Assembly (NCBI GenBank): GCA_963740355.1
Contig: CAVUDW010000002.1
Location: forward strand, 576,001 to 640,000
DNA from: an uncultured Gemmatimonadaceae bacterium
GTDB taxonomy: Bacteria > Gemmatimonadota > Gemmatimonadetes > Gemmatimonadales > Gemmatimonadaceae
Length of the DNA stretch: 64,000 nucleotides
Direction of reading: 5' to 3'
Of this stretch, positions 8,271 to 18,178 are shown piece after piece. Under the pieces are notes generated by a model. It did not search any database, was not told where the DNA came from, and saw nothing but the letters and a program-made list of their open reading frames with translations. Positions within the stretch are counted from its first letter, which is position 1; every line of letters begins with the position of its first letter. The translations under genes and the position numbers were made by a program.

Positions 8271-9950
8271 TCAGCGCGGCGTCATTTCGTACACCTTCGT
8301 CCCACCGACCCACGTCTGCAGGACGTGCGTCTGCAATACCAGCTCCGGCGCAATCCGCATGATGTCCTGATCCAGCAGCACGAAGTCGGCGTACTTTCCG
8401 GCAGTCAGCGAGCCCAGCACCTGCTCCTGGAAGGCCGCCTTCGCGGGCCAGATCGTCATCGAGCGCAGGGCTTCCTCGCGCGTCATCTTCTGCTCGGGAA
8501 ACCAGCCTCCCACCGGGAAGTCATCCGCGTCCTGTCGCGAAATCGCGGCATGGAAGCTGATCAGCGGATTGACCATCTCCACAGGGAAGTCGCTCCCGTT
8601 GGGAATGATCACCCCGGTCGCGAGCAGCGACCGCCATGCGTACGCACCGCGCAACCGTTCGGCGCCGAGTCGATTCCCGGCCCAGTACATGTCGCTCGTC
8701 TGGTGGCTGGCCTGCATGCTCGGGATCACACCCAGCGTCGCGAACCGGCCAATGTCATCATGGTGGATGATCTGGGCATGCTCGATGCGAAACCGGTGGT
8801 CGGCGGTCGGCACACTCTTCAGCGCGGCGGCATACGCGTCCAGCACGAGTCGGTTGGCCCGGTCTCCGATGGCATGTGTCGCGACCTGCCAGCCCGACCG
8901 GAGCGCGCGTTCACTGACCGACTTGATCCACGCGGGCTGCATCACCAGCAGGCCGTTGTTCTGGGCATCGTCGGCGTACGGATCGAGCAGGGCAGCGCCG
9001 CGCGAGCCGAGCGCGCCATCGCCATAGAGCTTGATACTGCGCACCCAGAGGCGGCCGTCGAACAACGCACTCCGCGGCCCCTTGGCCATGGCCCAGTTCA
9101 CCGTCGCGCTATCGCCCGAGAGCAGCACGTAAGCGCGCAACGTCAGCTCGCCCGCTTGTCCCGCCGCTTCGTACGTGCCGACGATCGATGGGCTGACCCC
9201 CATTTCGTGGACACCGGTCAGCCCCCAGCGATTGGCCTCACGGACTGCATTCCTGAGCACCTCGCGCGGGTTCAGTGCTTCACCGCCCCGAGCGGCCGAC
9301 TCCATCAGCTGCTGTGCATTGTCGACAAAGACTCCGGTCGGTGTGCCACGTGCGTCACGCAAGACGCGGCCACCCTCGGGATCCTTCGTCTCGGCGGTGA
9401 TGCCGGCTTTCGACATTGCGGCGGCATTGGCAAGTAGCGCGTGCCCGTCGACGCGTGTCAGGATCACCGGATGGTCGGGGGTCGCCGCATTGAGCGCCGC
9501 ATTGGTTGGCAGGCGCGTGTCGCTCCAGTCGTTCTGGTCCCAGCCGCGACCGAGGATCGGTGTTCCTTTCGGCGTCGTCGCGGCCTTTGCGACCACGCGA
9601 GCGACCACTTCCTCGTACGACTTGGTGCCGTTCAGGTCGACCTGTCGCAGCTCCACACCCAGGCCATACAGGTGCGCATGGGCATCTGTCATGCCCGGAA
9701 TGATCGTTCGTCCGCCAGCGTCGATGACCTTGGTGGCCGCCCCTTTCAGCGCCAGTGCTTCAACCGTGCTGCCGACGAAGGCGATGCGCCCACCAATCAC
9801 GGCCATCGCTTCGGCAATCGGGCGTGCATCGTCTGCCGTATAGATGCGAGCGTTGTGCAGGATCAGTTCTGCGCGTGGCGACGCAGGTGCCTGGGCGAAC
9901 AGTGGTAGTGCGACGGCGCCAGAGAGCGCGGCGATCGCGAAGCGGAGCAT
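8271..9950 (-). CDS. exported amidohydrolase (YtcJ-like)
   Basis: Signal peptide MLRFAIAAL...LFAQ; PGMTDAHAH, DGALGSRGA, HAIGDRA, RIEHAQ, GSDFPV. Confidence 0.92.
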   Translation of the reverse strand: MLRFAIAALSGAVALPLFAQAPASPRAELILHNARIYTADDARPIAEAMAVIGGRIAFVGSTVEALALKGAATKVIDAGGRTIIPGMTDAHAHLYGLGVELRQVDLNGTKSYEEVVARVVAKAATTPKGTPILGRGWDQNDWSDTRLPTNAALNAATPDHPVILTRVDGHALLANAAAMSKAGITAETKDPEGGRVLRDARGTPTGVFVDNAQQLMESAARGGEALNPREVLRNAVREANRWGLTGVHEMGVSPSIVGTYEAAGQAGELTLRAYVLLSGDSATVNWAMAKGPRSALFDGRLWVRSIKLYGDGALGSRGAALLDPYADDAQNNGLLVMQPAWIKSVSERALRSGWQVATHAIGDRANRLVLDAYAAALKSVPTADHRFRIEHAQIIHHDDIGRFATLGVIPSMQASHQTSDMYWAGNRLGAERLRGAYAWRSLLATGVIIPNGSDFPVEMVNPLISFHAAISRQDADDFPVGGWFPEQKMTREEALRSMTIWPAKAAFQEQVLGSLTAGKYADFVLLDQDIMRIAPELVLQTHVLQTWVGGTKVYEMTPR

Positions 9951-10141
9951 GGACACGGCGGGATGGGCAGGCGTGGTGACGGCGTGGCAAGTTGGGCCAT
10001 GCGCTGACGCATACGCTACCGCCCTGGTACGCGTTGCGCGACGGCCCCGCAAATCCATGTTGGATCTGCGGGGCCGTCACTGCACTCACACGTCAACCGA
10101 TTCCCGAGACTTGGGGCGGAAGACTGCGTCGAACGTCGTGC

Positions 10142-10660
10142 TTAGTGCTTCATCCCACCCATCGAAGCAGGCGGCATGAGGACGGTGTCGATCACGTGGA
10201 TCACGCCGTTCTTCGCCTTGATGTCCGTGGCGGTCACCGTCGAGTTGCCATTCAGCACGACCTTGCCACCCACAACCTTGATCGAAACCTTGCCGCCCTG
10301 GACGGTGGTGGCTTCGGACAGGCCGACGACCTGCCCGGCCATCACGGCACCTGGCACGACGTGATAGGTGAGCACGGCGGTCAGCTTGGCCTTGTCGGCA
10401 AGCAACGCATTCAAGGCTGCCGGCGGCAGCTTGGCGAACGCGGCATCGGTCGGGGCGAACACCGTGAACGGACCAGCGCCCTTCAACGTCTCGATCAAGC
10501 CAGCGGCGGTCAGCGCCTTGGCCAGCGTGTTGAACGTGCCAGCGGCGACGGCGGTCTCGACGATGTCCTTCTCACCCATCGCCATGCCCTGTGCCTGCAC
10601 AGCGCGGGGCGCAAATGCGACTGCGCCCATCAGCGCCACTGCGGTCATGAAACGCTTCAT
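10142..10660 (-). CDS. exported fasciclin (FAS1) domain protein
   Basis: Signal peptide; [30 protein letters not shown]. Confidence 0.95.
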   Translation of the reverse strand: MKRFMTAVALMGAVAFAPRAVQAQGMAMGEKDIVETAVAAGTFNTLAKALTAAGLIETLKGAGPFTVFAPTDAAFAKLPPAALNALLADKAKLTAVLTYHVVPGAVMAGQVVGLSEATTVQGGKVSIKVVGGKVVLNGNSTVTATDIKAKNGVIHVIDTVLMPPASMGGMKH

Positions 10661-10842
10661 AGTATCAACCATCCTGAAATGCGATTCGCGAACCGGCACG
10701 GTGAAGTCCGTGCGTCGATTCCGTGCGATGAAGTCGCATTCCAGCCATCCGGTTCCCAAGCCACAACCGCCCTTCCCATGGAACTTTTGTCTTTCACGCC
10801 CGCTGCATCCAAGCACGGCAGTTCGACGAACACCAAAGGTTA

Positions 10843-10957
10843 AAGACGCCAAGACGCAGAGAAAAGCAATTGAACGAATGTGGCGGCGCGAGCGCCGCAG
10901 TACTGCCGTTCAAGTTTGCAGACGCTGTTCTTTGCGCCCTCTGCGCCTCTGCATTGA
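10843..10957. repeat. intergenic imperfect long inverted repeat
   Basis: ACGCAGAG-type arm opposite CTCTGCG-type arm, enclosing TTGAACG/CGTTCAA and GCGGCGC-GA-GCGCCGC stems. Confidence 0.55.
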
Positions 10958-10979
10958 GCAGTTCCCATCGGTACTCGGA

Positions 10980-13220
10980 TCAGCCCTTTGATTTCGATGT
11001 CCCGAAGTGGTACAGCGGCACCAGCAGCACGGCGACGAAGATCGCGATCGCGACGGTCGGATTCTCGCCGATCGTGCCGAGCACCCTCGACCAGTCGTAG
11101 GCCTTGTCCCATTCCTTCACCGTCATGCCAGCCAGCACGATGCCCATGATCGCGCCACCGCCGATCAGGCCCGACGAAAATAGGACTCCGGGTCCGGAAT
11201 CACTTTCCGCCGCCGTCTCACCGCCGGCCTTGGCACTGCGCTTCTCGACGATCCAGCGCAGGACGCCGCCGATGAACATCGTCGCCGATGTCGAGATCGG
11301 GAGATAGACGCCGACCGCCACCGGCAGCGAGTTGATGCCGAAGATTTCCATCGCGATGGCGAGGAAGGCGCCAATGAGGATCAATCCCCACGGCAACTTC
11401 TGCGTCAGGATCCCGTCTACCACCAGCGCCATGATCTGGCTCTTCGGTGAATCGAGCTTCTTCACCGTGCGGCCGAGATAGTCGACCGACTCGCGACCAC
11501 CGATGCCTGGATCGATCAGGAACTTCACCTGATCCGTGTTGCGATCCAGCAGGTAGCGACCGATCGGCACATCGCCTTGCACGGCGTACAATCGGCCGAC
11601 CTTGTACACGTCTTCCGTCTGCGCGGTGCTCGCAATTCGCTGTGTGATGCGCCCCTTCTCCACCACGGCCAGCAGCGGCTCGATGGTGGACATCTTCGCG
11701 GTCGGATAGTCGCGCCGCACCAGCGTGGTGTTCGCAGCGTTGAGGAAGGCGATGATCGCCCCGACCACGAGCGCCGAGGTCATCACACCCGCCAGCAGGC
11801 CGATCTGCTGTCGCGCTGGCGTCGCGCCGACGATGTAGCCCGTCTTGAGATCCTGTGACGTGGCGCCGGCGACTGCCGCGGCGATGCAGACCACACCGCC
11901 GATGCTCAGGGCCAGCACCCGGTGCTCGATGCCCGTCCACCCCACGGCAAGGAAGATCAATGCGGTCAGCAGTACGGTGGCCACCGTCATGCCGCTGATC
12001 GGATTGGACGAGTTGCCGATCTGCCCGGTGACGCGACTCGAAACCGTGACGAAGAGGAAGGCGAAGAACAACGCCAGCACTGCGCCGGTGATGCCGATCG
12101 CGATCGGCGGCACGAAGGCCGTGATCATCGCCAGCAGCGCGACGCCAGCGATCACGAAACTCATCGGCAGGTTGCGCGCAGTTCGGAGCACGGCGCTGCC
12201 AGCCTTCGACCCGCCGATTTCGCCAACGCCGGCGCGGAGCGCAGCCCAGATGGTCGGCATCGACCGGCCAAGGCTGATCAAGCCCGCCGCCGTGACGGCC
12301 CCGGCCCCGATGTAGAACACATAGTTCGCGCGGATCTCCCTTGCGCCCATCTCCGAGATCGGGATAGTCGCCGGAAACATCGGCGTGGTCAGCCCGTCGC
12401 CGAACAGCTTGATCGCCGGAATGAGCACGAAGTACGACAGCACGCCGCCGCCGAACAGGTATCCCGCGATTCGTGGTCCGACGATGAAGCCGACGCCGGC
12501 CAGCTCAGGACTGATCTCCGCCTGCATCTCGCCGAACAGCGCCTTGCGCCCGTTCGGCATCACTTTCTCGAACGTCCACTTCGGCACTTCGACCCACATC
12601 TTGGCGCCGGCATTGAAGAACTTGTACAACGCGCCGATGCCAAAGCCCATGAACACCGTGCGCGCCTGCACGCCGCGCTCCTCGCCGACTATCAACACAT
12701 CAGCGCACGCCGTCCCTTCAGGGTACTTGAGGGTGGCATGCTCCTTCACGATCAGCGTTTCACGCAGCGGAATCATCAGCAGCACGCCCAGCAGGCCGCC
12801 CACCAGGGCGACGCAGGCCACCTGCGACCAGGGCAACTCGTAGCCCAGCAGCAGGAGCGCCGGGAGCGTGAACACGACGCCGGACGCGATCGACTCACCG
12901 GCCGATCCGGTGGTCTGCACGATGTTGTTGCGAAGGATCTGGGGCCCGGTCACGCCGAGCGCCTTGTTGATCGAGCGGAAGATCGTGATCGACAGCACCG
13001 CGATCGGGATCGACGCGCTCACCGTCAGCCCGATCTTGAGGGCGAGGTAGACGCTGCTGGCGGCGAAGAGCAGGCCGAGCAGCGCGCCGATCACGACCGC
13101 GCTGACGGTCAGCTCCGTCACCTCGCGGTCGGCCGTGATGTACGGCGTGAAGTCGTTCTCGTCGCGGCCCGATCCCGGCGTGGGGACGGGGCGAAGGTCT
13201 GGTCGGGAGGTGGTAGCCAT
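10980..13220 (-). CDS. OPT family oligopeptide transporter
   Basis: YLALKIGLTVSASIP, NNIVQTTGSAGES, LKYPEGTACA, NPISGM, QDLKTG; multiple TMs. Confidence 0.95.
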   Translation of the reverse strand: MATTSRPDLRPVPTPGSGRDENDFTPYITADREVTELTVSAVVIGALLGLLFAASSVYLALKIGLTVSASIPIAVLSITIFRSINKALGVTGPQILRNNIVQTTGSAGESIASGVVFTLPALLLLGYELPWSQVACVALVGGLLGVLLMIPLRETLIVKEHATLKYPEGTACADVLIVGEERGVQARTVFMGFGIGALYKFFNAGAKMWVEVPKWTFEKVMPNGRKALFGEMQAEISPELAGVGFIVGPRIAGYLFGGGVLSYFVLIPAIKLFGDGLTTPMFPATIPISEMGAREIRANYVFYIGAGAVTAAGLISLGRSMPTIWAALRAGVGEIGGSKAGSAVLRTARNLPMSFVIAGVALLAMITAFVPPIAIGITGAVLALFFAFLFVTVSSRVTGQIGNSSNPISGMTVATVLLTALIFLAVGWTGIEHRVLALSIGGVVCIAAAVAGATSQDLKTGYIVGATPARQQIGLLAGVMTSALVVGAIIAFLNAANTTLVRRDYPTAKMSTIEPLLAVVEKGRITQRIASTAQTEDVYKVGRLYAVQGDVPIGRYLLDRNTDQVKFLIDPGIGGRESVDYLGRTVKKLDSPKSQIMALVVDGILTQKLPWGLILIGAFLAIAMEIFGINSLPVAVGVYLPISTSATMFIGGVLRWIVEKRSAKAGGETAAESDSGPGVLFSSGLIGGGAIMGIVLAGMTVKEWDKAYDWSRVLGTIGENPTVAIAIFVAVLLVPLYHFGTSKSKG

Positions 13221-13281
13221 GCGCGAATGTAAGGGTGGGTGTGTGCCGTCCGGTGTCCCCACCCTCCGGAACGCCCTCAGC

Positions 13282-14787
13282 TCACGGCGCGCCGCGCGGG
13301 TATCGCCCAACCAGCGCGGCATCACGAGGCCGCGGAGCGCTCGCCCTCGGCCGTCGCATCGCCTGCTCCACCTCCGAGACTTCGCGCGGCAGCCTGGAGA
13401 GCCATTCGAGGCCCGATGCCGTCAGCAAGTAGTCATCCTCGATGCGGATGCCGATCCCGCCGTACGTCGCCACCGCCGGCGCGATCGTCGTCATCAGGGC
13501 GCGGTTCCTCGGGGTGTCTGGCAGGACTTCGGCCAGATTCCTCCGCACATACACGCCGGGCTCGATGGTCACGACACTCCCGGCGAGCCAGACCGCGCTG
13601 GTGTCGGAGACGTCGGGGTCGTGCACTTCGAGACCAATCCCGTGTCCGAGGGCGTGCATGTAGTACAGCCGCACCTGGCGACACTGCCGCTGGCCAGTGG
13701 TGTCGCAGTCGTACGTCGCGGTGGGTGACTCAATCAGTCCTAGCGCCGCCAGGCCGGCGGCGAGGGTGTCGAAGGCGGCCAAGCCAGGGGCGTCGATCGC
13801 GGCGCCAACACGCGTTGCCGTCTCACCTGCCGCCTGCGCACGCCGCACGAGTTCGTAGACGGCCCGCTGCGCAGGCGTGAATCGCCCGCCGATGGGCAGC
13901 GTGCGGGTGACATCGGCGCTGTAGCCGGCGTAACTCGCACCGATGTCCATCACCACCAGCTCGCCGGCCTTCGTCGCGCGGTCGTTTTGCCAGTAGTGGA
14001 GCGTGGTGCCGTTGTCGCCAGAACCGGCAATGCTGGTAAAGCCCGGCCGTTCGGCGCCATTGCGACGAAACACGTATTCCACCAGCGCCTGAATCTCGAA
14101 TTCATTCCACCCCGGTGCCACCATGCGCATCGCTTCCTCGTGCGCCTTCACGGTGATCCCGATGGCGGTGCGGAGCAACGAAACCTCCGCCGCGCTCTTC
14201 CGGCCGCGCAGCTGCAGCACGAACCGATTGCCTTCCGTGACCGTCGACGCCGGTCGTCGCTTGATCAGGTCGTTCAAAAACGCCTGATCCGGTGTAACGG
14301 CCTCGCCGGCAACACTTCGCTGGCCCCGAAACTCGCCGATCACGCGGATGGGAAGCGTCGCGCCGGCAACCGAGTCGAGCACGGCGTTCAGGTCGCCAAT
14401 CGTCCGCGTCTCGATACCCGTGACCTGACGCGCTTCGAGTAGCGACGGACGCACCCCGGTCCAGACTTCTCCTGCTGGATCGCGCTCTTCCACGAACAGG
14501 ATCTCGCGCTGCTGCCCATTCGTCCGCACCAGCACCAGCGCGCCGTTTGGCTGCATCCAGCCGGTGAGATAGCGGAGGTGCGGCGACTGTGAGAACAACT
14601 CGAAGTCTTTCGCTGGCTCGCCAGATCCGAGGACGACCACTGCCGCGTCGCCGGACAGGTTGCCGAGCGCCGCACGCCGCGCTGCGTACTCGGCAGTTGA
14701 AATCTGGGCCGTCAGCGCGGAACTGGCGCTGACGACGCCAAGCAGTGCAACAAATAGTCGATGCTGAACCGTGCGGAACGTGCTCAC
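13282..14787 (-). CDS. pepP: Xaa-Pro aminopeptidase (M24B) with predicted signal peptide
   Basis: MDIGASYAGYSADVTRT, HALGHGIGLEVHD, TIEPGVY, GIRIEDD; GTGA overlap with the upstream gene. Confidence 0.9.
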   Translation of the reverse strand: MSTFRTVQHRLFVALLGVVSASSALTAQISTAEYAARRAALGNLSGDAAVVVLGSGEPAKDFELFSQSPHLRYLTGWMQPNGALVLVRTNGQQREILFVEERDPAGEVWTGVRPSLLEARQVTGIETRTIGDLNAVLDSVAGATLPIRVIGEFRGQRSVAGEAVTPDQAFLNDLIKRRPASTVTEGNRFVLQLRGRKSAAEVSLLRTAIGITVKAHEEAMRMVAPGWNEFEIQALVEYVFRRNGAERPGFTSIAGSGDNGTTLHYWQNDRATKAGELVVMDIGASYAGYSADVTRTLPIGGRFTPAQRAVYELVRRAQAAGETATRVGAAIDAPGLAAFDTLAAGLAALGLIESPTATYDCDTTGQRQCRQVRLYYMHALGHGIGLEVHDPDVSDTSAVWLAGSVVTIEPGVYVRRNLAEVLPDTPRNRALMTTIAPAVATYGGIGIRIEDDYLLTASGLEWLSRLPREVSEVEQAMRRPRASAPRPRDAALVGRYPRGAP

Positions 14788-15530
14788 CGCGGCGACGCCG
14801 GGATGAACTGCCACTTTGCGGTGACCACCGCCGTCACCGTCTGTTCAGTCGGCGCCACGATCGGTGTTGGTTCGTCGGCCGCCTTCGCCCGCATCGACAT
14901 TACCATCCCTTCCATGGGACGGGGCATGTCCTGCATCTGGCTCGAAATCAGGACCAGCGGGCCGAGCGTTCCACCCGCGGCCTTCGCGATCACCTCGGCG
15001 CTGAGGCGTACGCTGCTGGTTGCGCTGGCGAGGGCTTCCCGCTTCGTCGCCTCGATCTGCGAGGCGTAGAAATTTACGCCGTTGATGTTGTTCGCGCCGG
15101 CGCCGAGTGCGGCGTCGATCACCTTGCCCACCAACTCGAGATTGCGCACTTCGACGCGGACCGTGTTGGTCGCGTCATACCCGGTCAGCTCGGGCTTGCG
15201 GCCGTCAGGGTAGTACCGATAGGACGGCGCCACGTTGTAGTTCATGGTGCCGACCTGCTCGCGAGGAATGCCGGCAGCGCGCACCGCCTCGAGGATCGCG
15301 GTCGCCAGCTTCGCATTTTCCTGACCGGCGAGTGCCGCGGTGCGGCCTTTTGTCTGCACGCCGACGTACACCAGCGCGCGGTCGGGCGAGACCTTCGCTT
15401 CTCCCGATCCTGTGACTTCGATCATGGGTGGCGTGGGCTGGGGCATGGTGCCCTGCGCGGCGAGCGGGGCGGCCATCAGCGCGCCGAGGAGGAGCGACGA
15501 GGCCTTCGACGAACGACGGGGATTGCGCAT
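14784..15530 (-). CDS. SIMPL/DUF541 periplasmic protein
   Basis: Signal peptide; IEVTGSGEAKVSPDRA, GYDATNTVRV, GAGANNINGV. Confidence 0.88.
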   Translation of the reverse strand: MRNPRRSSKASSLLLGALMAAPLAAQGTMPQPTPPMIEVTGSGEAKVSPDRALVYVGVQTKGRTAALAGQENAKLATAILEAVRAAGIPREQVGTMNYNVAPSYRYYPDGRKPELTGYDATNTVRVEVRNLELVGKVIDAALGAGANNINGVNFYASQIEATKREALASATSSVRLSAEVIAKAAGGTLGPLVLISSQMQDMPRPMEGMVMSMRAKAADEPTPIVAPTEQTVTAVVTAKWQFIPASPR

Positions 15531-15890
15531 GGATTCCGGTTCCTGACAAGGGGATCGACGTCGCGCCCCTGCGGGCACGACTGTGAAATACGGTTCGACG
15601 TGCGACTGGGAGATGCGTCCGAGCCTGTCGGATGCACATGGGCGAAGATACCCGACAGCCAGGCTGCCGTGCCGGGGGCACCATGCCCGGATCGCTTCTC
15701 GTGATTCGGCCCCAGCCCAGTGCCTGTAAGGGATCTGGCGGCGTTGGCGGCGGAGCGCGGAGGCGCCGCGCAACCCGTGAATGTCAGGAAACCCTTACCC
15801 CGCTTGCAGAAATCGGCGGCGGCTATCAGCTTCCCGTCGCGCCATTGGCGCGGAAACACGTGTCAAACAGTCATCTCGGAGAATGGTGCC

Positions 15891-16265
15891 ATGAGCAGAA
15901 TCGCGATCGTGAATGCGTTGGTCGACAATGTCGGCCTCTCGAAGAAGCATGCGAATGCAGTCCTGAAGGAGTTGTTCGACGCCAGCGAAGGCGTCATTGC
16001 GAAGGCGCTGAAGAAGGGTGAGAAGGTCGGTATCACCGGCTTCGGCACGTTCAGCGTCGGCAAGCGCAATGCCCGCGTTGGTCGCAATCCGCAGACGGGC
16101 GAGAAGGTGAAGATCGCCGCCAGCAAGGCCCCGAAGTTCAAGGCCGGCGCCAGCCTGAAGGCATTCGTGAACGGCAAGGCCGCCGCCACCAAGGTCAAGA
16201 AGGCAGCGAAGAAGGTGACGAAGAAGGTTGCCAAGAAGGCCGCGAAGAAGGCCGGCAAGAAGTAA
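15891..16265 (+). CDS. hup: HU DNA-binding protein with Lys/Ala-rich C-terminal tail
   Basis: GFGTFSV...ARVGRNPQTGEKVKI...PKFKAGASLK, then KKAAKK repeats. Confidence 0.95.
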   Translation: MSRIAIVNALVDNVGLSKKHANAVLKELFDASEGVIAKALKKGEKVGITGFGTFSVGKRNARVGRNPQTGEKVKIAASKAPKFKAGASLKAFVNGKAAATKVKKAAKKVTKKVAKKAAKKAGKK

Positions 16266-16304
16266 TACGTTCGACGTTCGTGGCTGCATCGTACCAGGGA
16301 GTGA

Positions 16305-16347
16305 GCGCGGGGCGCCGACGGCTTTCGTCGGCGCCCCGCGTCGTTTC
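16305..16347 (+). terminator. intrinsic terminator-like hairpin after hup
   Basis: CGCGGGGCGCCGACG-gcttt-CGTCGGCGCCCCGCG followed by a weak T tract. Confidence 0.7.
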
Positions 16348-16363
16348 TGCGTAAACTCCACCC

Positions 16364-18178
16364 ATGCCCGCAGCCACTCGCGCCCGCCCAACCCTCGACG
16401 CCACCGTCGACGTCGAGACGCCGGAACAGGTCATCGTCTCGTACACGCTCGCCGGCATCGGAACGCGTGGCGCCGCAGCACTGATCGACCTCGTCCTCAT
16501 GCTCGTGCTCACAGGCACGCTCTGGTATGTCGGCGCCTCGATCCCGCGCCTCATGCCGACGTTGCGCGACTTCGGCGGCAAGAGCTGGGTCAACGCGGTG
16601 CTCATCATCGGCCAGTTCCTGATTCTCTGGGGCTTCTTCGTCGTCTTCGAGGCGCTGTGGGACGGACAGACACCGGGCAAGCGATTGCTGGGCCTGCGCG
16701 TGGTGCGAAATGGCGGTGGCGGTGTCGATATCGGCGCCAGCGCCGCGCGTAACCTCATTCGCTTCATCGACTTTCTGCCGTTCGGCTATTTCGTCGGCAT
16801 GATCTGCATCATTGCCAACCAGCGGAACCAACGGCTTGGCGACCTGGTCGCCGGAACGATCGTGGTGCGCGAGCGGCTGCTGCGTCACGCCCGCGCGAAC
16901 GCCACCGCCAGTGCCGTCGAGGATGATGGTGTGGTGATCGTCGCCACGCTCGACGATGATCGATTCGCGCTACTCGATCGGTTCGTGACGCGTGAGGCCA
17001 CACTCGATGATGCGTCGCGCGCACGAATCGCCGCGGCGCTGGTCTCGCGGCTCGGCGTCGACGTTCGCACCGACGCGGTGGCGGCACTGCGGATTCTGCA
17101 CCAGCGCGAACTGCTCGCACGACGAAACCTGCGCCCCACCAGCAGCTCGACTGGCACGCGACGAGAGGAGTGGGCCGTGGTCGCGGAAGGCCGGCCGCGA
17201 TGGGAGGCCTTCTCCACCGAGCTCACCGACACCCGGAAGCGTGGCCTGAACGCGCTCAGCGAGGACGAGGTCACGGCCTTCGTCGAATCGTATCGTGAGG
17301 TGGCAACCGATCTGGCCCGACTCCGGACGGCGGACCGCGGCCGCGGCGGTGATGCCGTGTTCACGCTCTCGCGGCTCGTCTCGGCCGGCCACAACCTGCT
17401 TTATCGCCGCCCGTCGCAGGGCATCGAGCGCGTGGGCCGATTCATCGCGTTCGACGTACCGCGCGAAGTACGCCGGAGTTGGCGCCATCTCGCCGTCGCG
17501 GCGGCGCTGCTGTTCGTGCCGGCCATCGGAACCATCGTCGCCATCGTGCGGCAACCCTCGCTCGCAGCGCGGATGCTGCCGCCGGGAATGATCGAGCGTG
17601 CAGAAGAGGGGCAGAAGCGTGGCAATACCGGCGCTGACTACCTGCCGAATGGCGAGGAGGAAAAAGGCTCGGTACTCTCGGCCTTCCTCATGACCAACAA
17701 CATCCGCGTGTCGATGGTGGCATTTGCCGGTGGCGTCACGGCCGGAATTCTCACGGTGTACGCACTGGTGTTCAATGGTATCGCGGCCCTTGGCGCCGGC
17801 GTCGGCCTCTACATCACGAAGGGGATCGGCGGGCAGATTCTCGGCTTCGTCGCGGCGCACGGTGTGCTCGAGCTGAGCGCGATCTGCATTTCCGGGGCGG
17901 CGGGGCTGCTGCTCGCCACGGCGATGCTGGTGCCGGGCGATCGCACGCGTCGCGAAGCGCTGGCCGCCAACGGCTTGCGATCGCTGCACCTGGTGACGTG
18001 CGTGGTGATCTTCCTCATCCTGGCCGGAATCATCGAGGGCAACATCTCGCCGTCGAAGCTGCCTGACAGCGCGAAGTACGCCACGTCAGTCATCACCGCC
18101 ATCGGCATGGTCTGGTACCTGTCGCTCGGCCAAACCCGCGCCGCCGACGACAGGACTACAGCTCGCCCCGCGCCTTGA
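16364..18178 (+). CDS. RDD domain fused to SpoIIM (DUF95)-like membrane domain
   Basis: ETPEQV...AGIGTRGAAALID, GQTPGKRLLGLRVV, QRLGDLVAGT (RDD); YREVATDLARLRT, NNIRV, HGVLEL, AGIIEG (SpoIIM-like). Confidence 0.88.
   Translation: MPAATRARPTLDATVDVETPEQVIVSYTLAGIGTRGAAALIDLVLMLVLTGTLWYVGASIPRLMPTLRDFGGKSWVNAVLIIGQFLILWGFFVVFEALWDGQTPGKRLLGLRVVRNGGGGVDIGASAARNLIRFIDFLPFGYFVGMICIIANQRNQRLGDLVAGTIVVRERLLRHARANATASAVEDDGVVIVATLDDDRFALLDRFVTREATLDDASRARIAAALVSRLGVDVRTDAVAALRILHQRELLARRNLRPTSSSTGTRREEWAVVAEGRPRWEAFSTELTDTRKRGLNALSEDEVTAFVESYREVATDLARLRTADRGRGGDAVFTLSRLVSAGHNLLYRRPSQGIERVGRFIAFDVPREVRRSWRHLAVAAALLFVPAIGTIVAIVRQPSLAARMLPPGMIERAEEGQKRGNTGADYLPNGEEEKGSVLSAFLMTNNIRVSMVAFAGGVTAGILTVYALVFNGIAALGAGVGLYITKGIGGQILGFVAAHGVLELSAICISGAAGLLLATAMLVPGDRTRREALAANGLRSLHLVTCVVIFLILAGIIEGNISPSKLPDSAKYATSVITAIGMVWYLSLGQTRAADDRTTARPAP

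Noticed and set aside
10679..10697. Minus-strand GG-N10-GC upstream of the fasciclin gene
   Set aside because: Too close to the start codon and lacks the accompanying palindrome and box; expected by chance in GC-rich DNA.
1966..13232. Long plus-strand ORFs (e.g. 1966-3315, 7848-9437, 11922-13232)
   Set aside because: Antisense shadows of well-supported minus-strand genes.
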